DNA of 64,000 bases from Selaginella moellendorffii (lineage: Eukaryota > Plantae > Lycopodiophyta). A model generated the notes under the pieces. That model was not told where the DNA came from, made no database searches, and saw only the letters and a list, made by a program, of their open reading frames with translations. Below are positions 1 to 10,680 of the stretch, one piece after another; positions within the stretch are counted from its first letter, which is position 1, and the number at the start of each line of letters is the position of its first letter. The stretch lies in contig NW_003314300.1 of assembly GCF_000143415.4 (NCBI RefSeq), positions 104,908-168,907 on the forward strand. The letters run 5' to 3'. The translations under genes were made by a program, and so were the position numbers.

Positions 1-1684
1 CTCCATAAGTCCAATCCAGGACTTGGGACTTGCTAGCCCCGAGAATGGCATCCATGCCACTCAACATTTGCACTTGGTCCAAGTGCTCCACGTGTCCGAT
101 CCCATGACCGACACTCAAAGGTACCACCGACATAGCAGCCCGTTACGCTAAGGCCATGCCCGATCACCTTTGCCACCCTAGTAGTCCAATACCACTTGCA
201 TCACCATCTTGGCTCTCCAAGACTAGGCAAACCATCCGTGAGTGGTCATCTCAGATCCACTCCTTAGCATCCTTAGGATGCCCGCAAACCTGGGGAATCG
301 CCTTCCCCAAAGTCCCTTTGTCAGTTCCTACCAAGTCCCTTTCTGCCCCTGGCCGTGTTTGCCAACACTGCCACTGGATCGAGGCCCACAGGCCCGACCA
401 CTAAGTCCCATGGTCCTCTGGGACTTCCTCACCACACGACTGTGTCCTTGGTCACTACCCCAGAGGACTGCTCCTCTTACTTTCCACAGTCTAGGCCTTT
501 GGGACAATTTTTCGGAACACCGTGGCCTTACGCGAGCCACCTGGGTACTCTCCCCACCTTTCGCCTTTAGGTGCTCTAGCCATGGGCTTAGAGCGAGGTT
601 CCGTTGAGCCACGCCTGGTATCCAAGTAGGTAGTGCCACCCACACTTGGACTGGGAGCATCGGCCAGTCGATCTCCCGGGGGAACTAGAGCCGGCTCTTG
701 AACACTTCACCAAGCTACCCCGCTTGTCGGTCTGTGTTCACTCTAGTCTTGGACTTCCCAGTGGGCAGCTCATCACCCAACACTGGGTCCGGCCTTCCTG
801 GGCCAAACTGGCCTTTCCTGGCCAAACTGGCTCCACTGCAGTCCTCCCCCTTACTATACTTTTGGAGCTCACCAAACCCCCCAGGGTCTGGGAGACGAAC
901 GCTTTGGGCTTTCACCCTCTCAGACTCGAACTCATACTTGGACTCGGACTCGGACTCGGACTCGGACTCGGGCTCGGGCTCGGGCTCGGTCTCGGCCTCG
1001 GCCTCGGTCTTGTTCTCGGTCCCGATCTCGGTCTCGGTCCCGATCTCGGTCTCGGTCTCGGTCTCGGTCTCAACTTCGAACTCCATCTCGGACTCCATCT
1101 CGGACTCCATCTCGGACTCCATCTCGGACTCCATTTCGGGTCCATCTTGGACTCCATCTCGGGTCCATCTCGGACTCCATCTCGGGTCCATCTCGGACTC
1201 CATCTCGGACTCCATTTCGGGTCCATCTCGGGTCCACCTCGAACTCCATTTCGGGTCCATCTCGGACTCCATCTCGGGTCCATCTCGGACTCCATCTCGG
1301 ACTCCATTTTGGGTCCATCTCGGGTCCACCTCGGACTCCATCTCGGACTCTATTTCGGGTCCATCTCGGGTCCACCTCGGACTCCACTTCGGACTCCAAC
1401 TCGGGTCCATCTCGGACTCCACTTTGGACTCCAACTCGAGTCCATCTCGGACACTTCCACGTGTCATGTGTTGGTCCTTTTGGGTCCCTTTTTGGAGCCT
1501 CGCTTTTTGCTCGCTTCGTGCTCGTTGCTCGAGCACTTCTTTGGGAGTTCCACTCCCGCTCTTGACTTTTCAAGTCGGAGCTTTTGGTCCAAACGTGTTA
1601 CGCTCGTTTGGCTCTCGCTTCAGCCACTACCACGTGGCACCCTTCCCGGCTCCACTTTGGGGCCTAGGGATTTTGTGTCTCACA
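1..1684 (-). mobile_element. Family A LTR, reverse orientation; 3' end runs off the window start
   Basis: Reverse complement of the 1902-3523 and 7630-9223 repeats. On - it begins TGTGAGACACAAAATCCCTAGG at 1684 and carries the same 12-mer and hexamer arrays. Confidence 0.9.
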
Positions 1685-2134
1685 CTAAGTCCAAAATTGC
1701 TAGATGACTCAAGTAGAGTCAAGGGATGGTCTTAAAAGGATTGATGGAAGCATTTGGACTAAAGTGTGTTGTACCCCACAAAGGATGGGGGGGGATCATA
1801 GGATCCAAGGATGAGAATAAAGGGTATCTCATCGATGGCAAAATGTGCCATGCTAAAGTTATGGGAAAGGTGTTCCCAGAAGAAAACAACTTTGACACAA
1901 ATGTGAGACACAAAATCCCTAGGCCCCAAAGTGGAGCCGGAAGGGCGCCACATGGTAGTGGCCGAAGCGAGAGCCAAACGAGCGTAACACGTTTGGACCA
2001 AAAGCTCCGACTTGAAAAGTCAAGAGCGGGAGTGGAACTCCCAACGAAGTGCTCGAGGAACAAGCACGAAGCGAGCAAAAGGCAAGGCTCCAAAAAGGGA
2101 CCCAAAAGGACCAACACATGACACGTGGGAGTGT

Positions 2135-2376
2135 CCGAGATGGACTCGAGATGGAGTCCGAGATGGACCCGAGATGGAGTCCGAGATGGACCCGAAATGG
2201 AGTTCGAGGTGGACCCGAGATGGACCCGAAATGGAGTCCGAGATGGAGTCCGAGATGGACCCGAGATGGAGTCCGAGATGGAGTCCGAGATGGACCCAAG
2301 ATGGACCCGAGATGGAGTCCGAGATGGAGTCCGAGATGGAGTCCGAAGTCGAGACCGAGACCGGAACCGAGACCGG

Positions 2377-2408
<32 letters not shown>

Positions 2409-2520
2409 TCGGGACCGAGACCGAGACCGAGGCCGAGGCCAAGACCGAGCCCGAGCCCGAGTCCGAGTCCGAATCCGAGTCCGAGTCCGAGTCCGAGTCC
2501 GAGTCTGAGTCCGAGTCCGG
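2135..2520 (+). repeat. Composite minisatellite in LTR: GAGATGGAGTCC/GAGATGGACCC 12/11-mers, then (GAGACC)n(GAGGCC)n(GAGCCC)n(GAGTCC)n hexamers
   Basis: Directly visible. Equivalent arrays at ~922-1451, ~7864-8225, ~47187-47805 and ~50353-50810; a decayed 12/11-mer array at ~45845-46378. Confidence 0.95.
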
Positions 2521-3526
2521 AGCCTGAGAGGGTGAAAGCCCAAAGCGTTCGTCTCCCAGACCCTGGGGGGTTTGGTGAGCTCCAAAAGTATAGTAGGGGG
2601 AGGACTGCAGTGGAGCCAGTTTAGCCAGGAAAGGCCAGTTTGGCCCAGGAAGGCCGGACCCAGTGTTGGGTGATGAGCTGCCCACTGGGAAGTCCAAGAC
2701 TAGAGTGAACACGGACCGACAAGTGGGGTAGCTTGGTGAAGTGTTCAAGAGCCGGCTCTAGTTCCCCCGGGAGATCGACTGGCCGATGCTCCCAGTCCAA
2801 GTGTGGGTGGCACTACCTACTTGGATACCAGGCGTGGCTCAACGGAACCTCGCTCTAAGCCCATGACTAGAGCACCTAAAGGCGATAGGTGGGGAGAGTA
2901 CCCAGGTGGCTCGCGTAAGGCCACGGTGTTCCGAAATGTCATCCCAAAGGCCCAGACTGTGGAAAGGAAGAGGAGCAGTCCTCTGGGGTAGTGACCAAGG
3001 ACACAGTCATGTGGTGAGGAAGTCCCAGAGGACCGTGGGACTTAGTGGTCGGGCCTGTGGACCTCGATCCAGTGGCAGTGTTGGCAAACACGGCCAGGGG
3101 CAGAAAGGGACTTGGTAGGAACTGACAAAGGGACTTTGGGGAAGGCGATTCCCCAGGTCTGTGGGCATCTTAAGGATGCTAAGGAGTGGATCTAGGATGA
3201 CCCCTCATAGACAGATGGCGCAGTCTTGGAGAGACGGGATGGTGATGCAAGTGGTATTGGACCATTTGCGCAGCAAAGGTGAATGGGCATGGCCTTAGCG
3301 TAACGGGCCGAGATGTCAGTGGTACCTTTGGGTGTCGGTCATGGGATCGGACACGTGGAGCACTTGGACCAAGTGCAAAGGTTGAGTGGCATGGATGCCA
3401 TTCTCGGGGCTAGCAAGCCCCAAGTCCTAAATGGGACTTATGGAGGTTGTGAATGAGACTCCTCCAAGTGGTCGGAGGTGTGGTTAAGTGACTAAAGTAG
3501 AATGGAAAAATTTGTCGCTTACAATT

Positions 3527-3539
3527 TGGTATTGGAGCC
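3527..3539 (+). other. Primer binding site (tRNA-iMet type)
   Basis: TGGTATTGGAGCC 3 nt after the LTR end versus canonical TGGTATCAGAGCC. A second copy, TGGTATTAGAGC, lies on - at 49340-49351. Confidence 0.8.
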
Positions 3540-6008
3540 GTTCCTTAGTCCGACTTTTATTGGTGCTCAAGTATATCACCACTAGTGTTGGCATCGGAAG
3601 GTCCGAGGAGTGGGCCTATCCTCGAGGAGTAGCAAGTCGGGAAGACATGGCTCTCCATTACAGTTCATGTGTGAACTTGTAGACGAGGTGGTGGATAGAA
3701 AAGGGCCAATAATGGAACGACTTTGGGATCTTGGGAACAGTGCAAGGTTTTCCTCATTGAGTTGAGGATGTGATCCGGATGAGCATTTGTCTCAGCAAAT
3801 TGGCTAAGGTTGTTGTGGTAAACAACTAAAGTTGGGATCACGGGAAATATAAAGACTCCAAAATAATAAAGGAGTCACAAGATTATCCTCATATAGTTGA
3901 GGTTGGTATTCGTGAATGTGAGACCAGAGGTAATGACCGTGGGAGGTCAAATACGGAAGAGGACTCAAGTCCTTGAAATGGTAGCTGGGGCTACCTTTAA
4001 TAAATGTTGGAACAACCCAAGGAGTTAGGGGGTGTACTTAGAGATGAGTGGTATTCTCATCGCATGGACAAGTAGTCCTAAAGGGGCAAAAGTTGCCCCC
4101 AGAGAACAAAGTCAAGTGTCGGAGTAACACTTGTGAAAATAGTCCTTTTGAGTAGGACAGGAATGCAAGAAGTGTATTCCAATGAGCTAGTGCCTCACAA
4201 GTAAGACCTTATGGGTCTGTGGATTAACCAAGTCCAAAACTGCTGGATGACTCAAGTAGAGTCAAGGGATGGTCCTAAAAGGACTGATGGAAGCATTTGG
4301 ACTAAGGTATGTTGTACCCCACAAAGGATGGGGGGGATCATAGGATCCAAGGATGAGAACAGAGGGTATCTCATCGATGGCAAAATGTGCCATGCTAAAG
4401 TTATGGGAAAGGTGTTCCCAGAAGAAAACAACTTTGACATAAAGTTGTGTGTGACCTCTATGGGGCAGTGCTAACGGATGGTTGGCATGAGAAACAGCGG
4501 TGTTGGTCTTGGCAAAGACTTAGACATGAAGGGGAAATGTCATAGAGGTAGGCTCGTGGAGCCGATGGTGTGGAGACACCAAATGTGCCAAGGTGTGATA
4601 CCTTGAGGCTATGTTGGTGGGTTCATGAGAACCCCTTGCCAAAGGAATCCTAATGGAAATGGGAATGGCATAGCCTAAGCTGCAGAGCATGCAGTTGGAG
4701 TGTGGTGACCCAGATAATGATGGAGGTGTGAAAGCACCAAGCAATGAGTTGTAGGACTTGACAACTATGAGGCAACTAAGCAAGAGGTGCAAAATAACTG
4801 GTTAAACGGGTAGAAGGTAGCTACCCAAGACTTCTTAATAGCATAAGGAAGTTGGATATACCCTTACGGGGGATAAGTTGCTTGTGTTGCGATATAGTAA
4901 GTCAATGTCATAAAAGGAAATACTCATTGTCAAGAAAGCCATCATTGGGACACCCGGACACTCTAGAGCACCAGAAGGTGGTGTTTGATGTCGCGAGGGC
5001 AATGGATAAAGCCCAAGGGACTAAGTCCCTAGCGAATTATGAATAGAAGGTGCTATCCAAATGTCCAAGGTTGCGGAGGCAGGAGAGGACTGTCTACCCG
5101 AGTTGGACAAAGCCAAAAATGGAATTTTGGCAAGGCTAGTGATGGGCATGTAAAGGCCCATAAGCAACAATGTAATCCCAGTGTGTGGGATTATAAGGTG
5201 AGCATACCCGGATTGAGGAACCACTCCCTAGGCTATTGGGTAGGTTCATCCCTAAGAATACTTGCTAAAGCAAGATAGAAAGTGCAAAGCTATCCTCCTG
5301 GTCTGGAGGAGAATGACCAAAAGAAAGGTGTGAAGCCAAAAAGCAAGAAGTAAGGGGATAGAACCGAACCATAGGAATCAAAGGGCATAACCAAGGTTGG
5401 TTATGCCAGCTGGGAGTGGAGAATCAAGTGGGGGCTCGAGGGTGTTGCCGCTAGCAATCGTGATGCCATGGAGAGTCTAAAATATGGAATTGTCCATGTT
5501 AGACTATGTGGCATTTGGAAGGCTTGCAAAAAGGGAGGCCTTAGCAAGCTGAGGGACAGAGTTCCTTCAAGGTTCCCAAAGACAATTCTAGGTAGCTTAG
5601 TACCTAGAAAGGCCAAGTGTAAATGGTTCATGGAACCCGCGAAATCAGAGTGGCGCAGCAGAAGCGTGGTCTTGAAGCTTGCCATGAGGCAAGGCTATCA
5701 AGGTTAGGGAAGTAGTTCCCGAGTGTTCAAAGAGAGGGCTTTGAACGAAAGTCGATGGTCAAGGACTTTCACGCTTATGCAGGAACCATGTTACAGTGGT
5801 CGGAGGACCTGCCAAGCGAGATTGGCACGTCGGGGGAACAAATACCCTAGTTGAAGGTGATAACTTCAAAAAGGGTGGGCCATGGGGCCGAGCATGGAGG
5901 AGTCCATGCATGATCACAGACATGTCAAGTGAGAGGACTTGGCAGTGTGGAGGAACTAGGTTCCTAAGCTGTGATCTGTAGCGCGCTTTAAAAATAGGTT
6001 GGTGCACC

Positions 6009-6403
6009 GGCGTGGGGAGTCACGCCAGGCATCTAGTGTGATGCCGTCCGTAGATGCATATACAGAGGTTGGGTTCGAGTCCCGACCCTCTAGTGCTTGG
6101 GTTCGAGTCCCAAATCACTAGGGCGTGGTGATGGTTTGGAATATGAGGACACTCATATTTCGGTGGTCATGGACTCTCAGTGGGGAGACTGGTTTGGGCA
6201 CACCGCCAAGCGAGGGATGCCTCGGAGTCGTGATGCACGGTTAGATTGCTTAGAGTGAAAGCTCGGCATATCTAACTTGAACACTTTGGTGCAAAAGGCA
6301 CCAAGGACGTGGTGAATGAGATGGGGACACCCAGTCTTAGTTGCTATGGATCCTTGGTCGGAAGGGCTGGCTTGGGCGCACTGCCAAGTGTGGGGGATGC
6401 CCC
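6009..6403 (+). other. Candidate structured RNA cis-element: hairpin series with two GGTTCGAGTCC T-arm/B-box-like hairpins, partly duplicated
   Basis: Eight consecutive stem-loops at 6009-6224. The last four are repeated at 6318-6403, and a homologue on - at ~10808-11039 shows compensatory changes. Confidence 0.7.
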
Positions 6404-7589
6404 CGGGGTCGTAGTTAACAAGTTAAAGGTCTGGAAGACCTAGTACCTATTGGCAAACCTGTTAAGGTGCCGAGGTGAGATCACTAGGTGATCTTGTGGC
6501 TAAATAAGGACAAGGTCCTTGTTTGGGTTAAGGAATAAGGTTCCTAGTTCAAAGTGTTGATTTGAACTATTGATGATGGTGTGGCTTGGTCAAGGTGACC
6601 AAGTGGGAAAAGCACCTTAGGGAAATGAGCTATGTCATTGCGATGGCATAGTGTGTCCAAGGAAAGTAGTCTCTAAAGAGACCCATGAGAGGGTCACAAA
6701 GTTGGGCCGAGGATAGAGCCCACAGCAGAAGATGCTAAAAGAGACTTACTAGGGGTGAACACTCTAGTTTTGGCAAAACAGAGCCTTTGCTATGGAATCA
6801 AAAGAACACCTCAAGGAGGGAGGTAGAAATTCGATGTTGCTTGGTGCAACAATCAAAGGATAGGAGCAAAAGATGAATGGCCAAGATAGAGCCGTGGAAT
6901 TCCTTGGAAGGAATCCAAGTGACAAAGTTAGGCGAGGAACACTAATGTGTTGGACGCTAACAAATTGCGGGAAAGGAAGTGTGTTTCCAAGGATGGATTC
7001 CGAATTGCTCCGATTTGGCGAAAGTGGAAGCTCCAAGGGAGGGAGCGGTAAGGTAGCCAAATGATAGGGCGATGGACAACCCTAGCACAAAGTGTGATAA
7101 ATGGGACTTAGTGCCCAAGGTGGCACGAAATAGAAGAGAGGATGATGATGCCCTCAAGTAATGAACTTTCTAGGATAGGGAAGTGGAGTTGCACAATCTG
7201 TGCAATGCAAGGTGTTAGAGACACCTAGGGAATTGACTTCCAAAAGTCAAAAGAGTAAAAGTTCCAAAGTGCAAACATTCAATAGATGGAAATTGAGACT
7301 ACTCGAGAAGGAGTAGTGGGATTGACTTAGAGAAGGGTCTCTAAGAGGTTTAGCGAGAACTAAACCAATAAAAGGAGAGAACCACTACATGTGGTCCAAT
7401 CAGTCTCTAAGTTGGAGAGACTACCCTCGGAGGATAGGCAAGGCATGGTGAGCCTTTGGTGTCAAACCATTGAGGCATATGCAAAAGGCATGGTGAGCCT
7501 TCAATGTCAAACCATTGACAAATATTGGCTAGGTGCCAAGGATGGAAATGGTAACACATGCGAGTGTTACTTTACAAAATGGGTTACCG

Positions 7590-7629
7590 TTCGATGAGGA
7601 CATCGAACTTCGTCTATGGGTGGTGGAGT
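7590..7629 (+). other. Polypurine tract region before the 3' LTR
   Basis: TTCGATGAGGACATCGAAC...ATGGGTGGTGGAGT directly abuts TGT of the LTR at 7630, resembling chromovirus 3' ends. Confidence 0.75.
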
Positions 7630-9746
7630 TGTGAGACACAAAATCCCTAGGCCCCAAAGTGGAGCCGGAAAGGGTGCCACGTGGTAGTGGCTGAAGCGAG
7701 AGCCAAACGAGTGTAACACGTTTGGACCAAAAGCTCCGACTTGAAAAGTCAAGAGCGGGAGTGGAACTCCCAACGAAGTGCTCGAGGAATGAGCACGAAG
7801 CGAGCAAAAAGCGAGGCTCCAAAAAGGGACCCAAAAGGACCAACACATGACACGTGGAAGTGTCCGAGATGGACTCGAGTTGGAGTCCGAAGTGGAGTCC
7901 GAGATGGACTCGAGTTGGAGTCCGAAGTGGAGTCCGAGATGGACCCGAGTTGGAGTTCGAAGTGGAGTCCGAGATGGACCCGAGTTGGAGTCTGAAGTGG
8001 AGTCCGAGGTGGACCCGTGAAGGACCCGAAATGGAGTCCGAGATGGAGTCCGAGATGGACCCGAAATGGAGTCTGAGATGGAGTCCGAAGTCGAGACCGA
8101 GACCGGGACTGAGACCGAGACCGAGACCGAGATCGGGACCGAGAACGAGACCGAGGCCGAGGCCGAGACCGAGCCCGAGCCCGAGCCCGAGCCCGAGTCC
8201 GAGTCCGAGTTCGAGTTCGAGTCTGAGAGGGTGAAAGCCCAAAGCGTTTGTCTCCCAGACCCTGGGGGGTTTGGTGAGCTCCAAAAGTATAGTAGGGGGG
8301 GAGGACTGCAGTGGAGCCAGTTTGGCTAGGAAAGGCTAGTTTGGCCCAGGAAGACCGGACCCAGTGTTGGGTGATGAGCTGCCCACTGGGAAGTCCAAGA
8401 CTAGAGTGAACACAGACCGACAAGCGGGGTAGCTTGGTGAAGTGTTCAAGAGCCGGCTCTAGTTCCCCCGGGAGATCGACTGGCCGATGCTCCCAGTCCA
8501 AGTGTGGGTGGCACTACCTACTTGGATACCTGGTGTGGCTCAACGGAACCCGCTCTAAGCCCCTGGCTAGAGCACCCAAGGGCAGAAGGCGAGGAGAGTA
8601 CCCAGGTGGCTCGCGTAAGGCCATGGTGTTCCGAAATGTTGTCCCAAAGGCCCAGACTGTGGAAAGGAAGAGGAGCAGTCCTCTGGGGTAGTGACCAAGG
8701 ACACAGTCGTGTGGTGAGGAAGTCCCAGAGGACCGTGGGACTTAGTGGTCTGGCCTGTGGGTCTCGATCCAGTGGCAGTGTTGGCAAATACGGCCAGGGG
8801 CAGAAAGGGACTTAGTGGGGACTGACAGAGGGATATTGGGGAAGGCTATTCCCCTTGTCGGTGGGCATCCTAAGGATGCTAAGGAGTGGATCTGAGATGA
8901 CCACTCACGGATGGTTTGCCTAGTCTTGGAGAGCCAAGATGGTGATGCAAGTGGTATTGGACTACCAAGGTGGCAAAGGTGATCGGGCATGGCCTTAGCG
9001 TAACGGGCTGCTATGTCGGTGGTACCTTTGAGTGTCGGTAATGGGATCGGACATGTGGAGCACTTGGACCAAGTGCAAATGTTGAGTGGCATGGATGCCA
9101 TTCTCGGGGCTAGCAAGTCCCAAGTCCTGGATTGGAATTATGGAGGTTGCGAATGAGACTCCTCCAAGTGGTCAGAGGTGTGGTTAAGTGACTAAAGTAG
9201 AATGGAAAATTTAGTCGCTTACAAATAGTTACTAAAATTCTACTATACTAATATTAATATACAGCATCATAATTGGACAATTAAACCTCACATCATCCAC
9301 TCCTCTTGGCATGAGGGAAGACCATTAAAGTTCTTTTGTGGATGAGCCAATATTTAGAAGAACATTAGAAGGAAGCATTAATGGATCTGTAAGTGGTATC
9401 AGTTATTTATGATCCCTTTATACAAAACATTTCAAATGCTGCATATACACAATTTCTAGAAGATCAACTTGCAGGATGTCATATTAAACCTTATAAACTT
9501 ATGGTCCCACTTGCTACAACACCTAATAAAATCCTTTCTACTACACAAGGAGCTTTTTAGAAAAACCATGTATTATAAAACTGGGAAAACAAATTAACAC
9601 CAAATCATCCACTTTGTACTCCATAAGTGAATAATGATGGGAGTTGTAGTGCTATTGTTTTCCCACTTTACGTGGCCCAGGTGTTCGGCAAACTCTACTC
9701 GAACAAGTGGAAGAATGCTCATCAAATATTGATTCTACGACTTAGT

Positions 9747-10680
9747 TGTAAGTTATAAATTTTTCCTTTCCAATTTGCTAGCTTACCTCATCTATCCGAC
9801 CAACCCTGCCTTGGCCTTTGCTAAATCCCCTCACCAAGATTCCTGCCTATTGCACCAACTTCTACTTAGTCCTACTTGGTTTCAACTACTCATTGCACGA
9901 GCAATAGAGCGTTAGCCATCTATCCATGGATTCCCAAATTTCTCTCAATCCCCCTCCCTGAGTTAGATTAAACTTAAGGTTTGGCTATACTCCCTGCAGG
10001 CACAAGCAGCCAAGCACACCAAGCCTCCAGGTTTCTAAGACCCCTTGGTACAACAAAACTTGATCATGGGACCCTCTAAATCCCAAGCCTTGGGTGCAAC
10101 ACTTGTTTCGGGACGATGGGGCAAAACACCATGGCCTAACAGCATGGTATGGATACCTCTACCCCCCCCTCCTCACCTCCATCCCGAAGGGAAGGCCCAA
10201 TCCCCTAGGAAGGGCAAGGACTAATGAGCCACAAGGTACTTAAATGGGGCACCACTCCACATAAGCTGGGAGCACCGCAGTCAATTTCCTTTCCGGGAGT
10301 GGGAGTTGCTCTTGAGCACTTCCTTGGGTGGCCCCTCCGGAGTCCATGCTCACTCCCACCCAAGGCCCTTCAGTCCCAGTCTCAACCTCAAGTCAGTTTG
10401 AAAGCACCATTGGAGAGTTCTTTCAAGACTAGTTCCTAGACCTCATTATCCCTACTATACTTTTGGAACACCCTGCAGTGCCCCCCTCCTGGGAGACACA
10501 CGCTTTGGGCTTTCACCCCTCGACCTGTATTAGTACTCGGACTCGGTCTCGGACTTGATCTCGGACTCGATCTCGAACCTGGGATTCTGGACTCTATCTC
10601 GAACTCGGTCTCAGAGTTGGTGTTGGACTCGATCTCAGACTTGGTCCCATCTGATGAACTCTTTATCATTTTGATCATGC
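9747..10680 (-). mobile_element. Family B LTR (related to family A), probable 3' LTR of the chromovirus; right boundary approximate
   Basis: On - it shares GGGTGAAAGCCCAAAGCG...TCTCCCAG...CCAAAAGTATAGTAGGG with family A, has a short hexamer array, and ends ...AAAATTTATAACTTACA at 9747. Confidence 0.7.

Larger units (their letters stand above)
1902..9223 (+). mobile_element. Non-autonomous (LARD-like) LTR retroelement, family A, 7.3 kb
   Basis: TG...CA LTRs at 1902-3523 and 7630-9223 (TGTGAGAC...GTCGCTTACA), a PBS after the first, a PPT before the second, and a 4.1-kb interior with no long or recognisable ORF. Flanks ACAAA/AATAG are not a TSD. Confidence 0.85.

Noticed and set aside
2135-2346. 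CRISPR-like appearance of the 11/12-mer array
   Set aside because: No unique spacers, no cas genes, and a eukaryotic LTR context.
2665-2696. TGGGTGA...CTGGGAAGTCC in the family A LTR resembling the 5S C-box
   Set aside because: The spacing is wrong and there is no A-box; too short to call by eye.
646-2748. Long overlapping ORFs (LGLGLG, SDSISD, MESE, RWSP, RDGV), also at 7.5-8.5, 46.9-48.0 and 50.2-51.1 kb
   Set aside because: The repeat units lack stop codons in all six frames, and the frames joined differ between copies. These are artefacts of the LTR minisatellite.
6064-6120. Possible tRNA genes at the GGTTCGAGTCC motifs
   Set aside because: No D-arm or anticodon arm; reported instead as T-arm-like hairpins.
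9394-9402. TGGTATCAG PBS-like 9-mer
   Set aside because: Not adjacent to an LTR end; compatible with chance.
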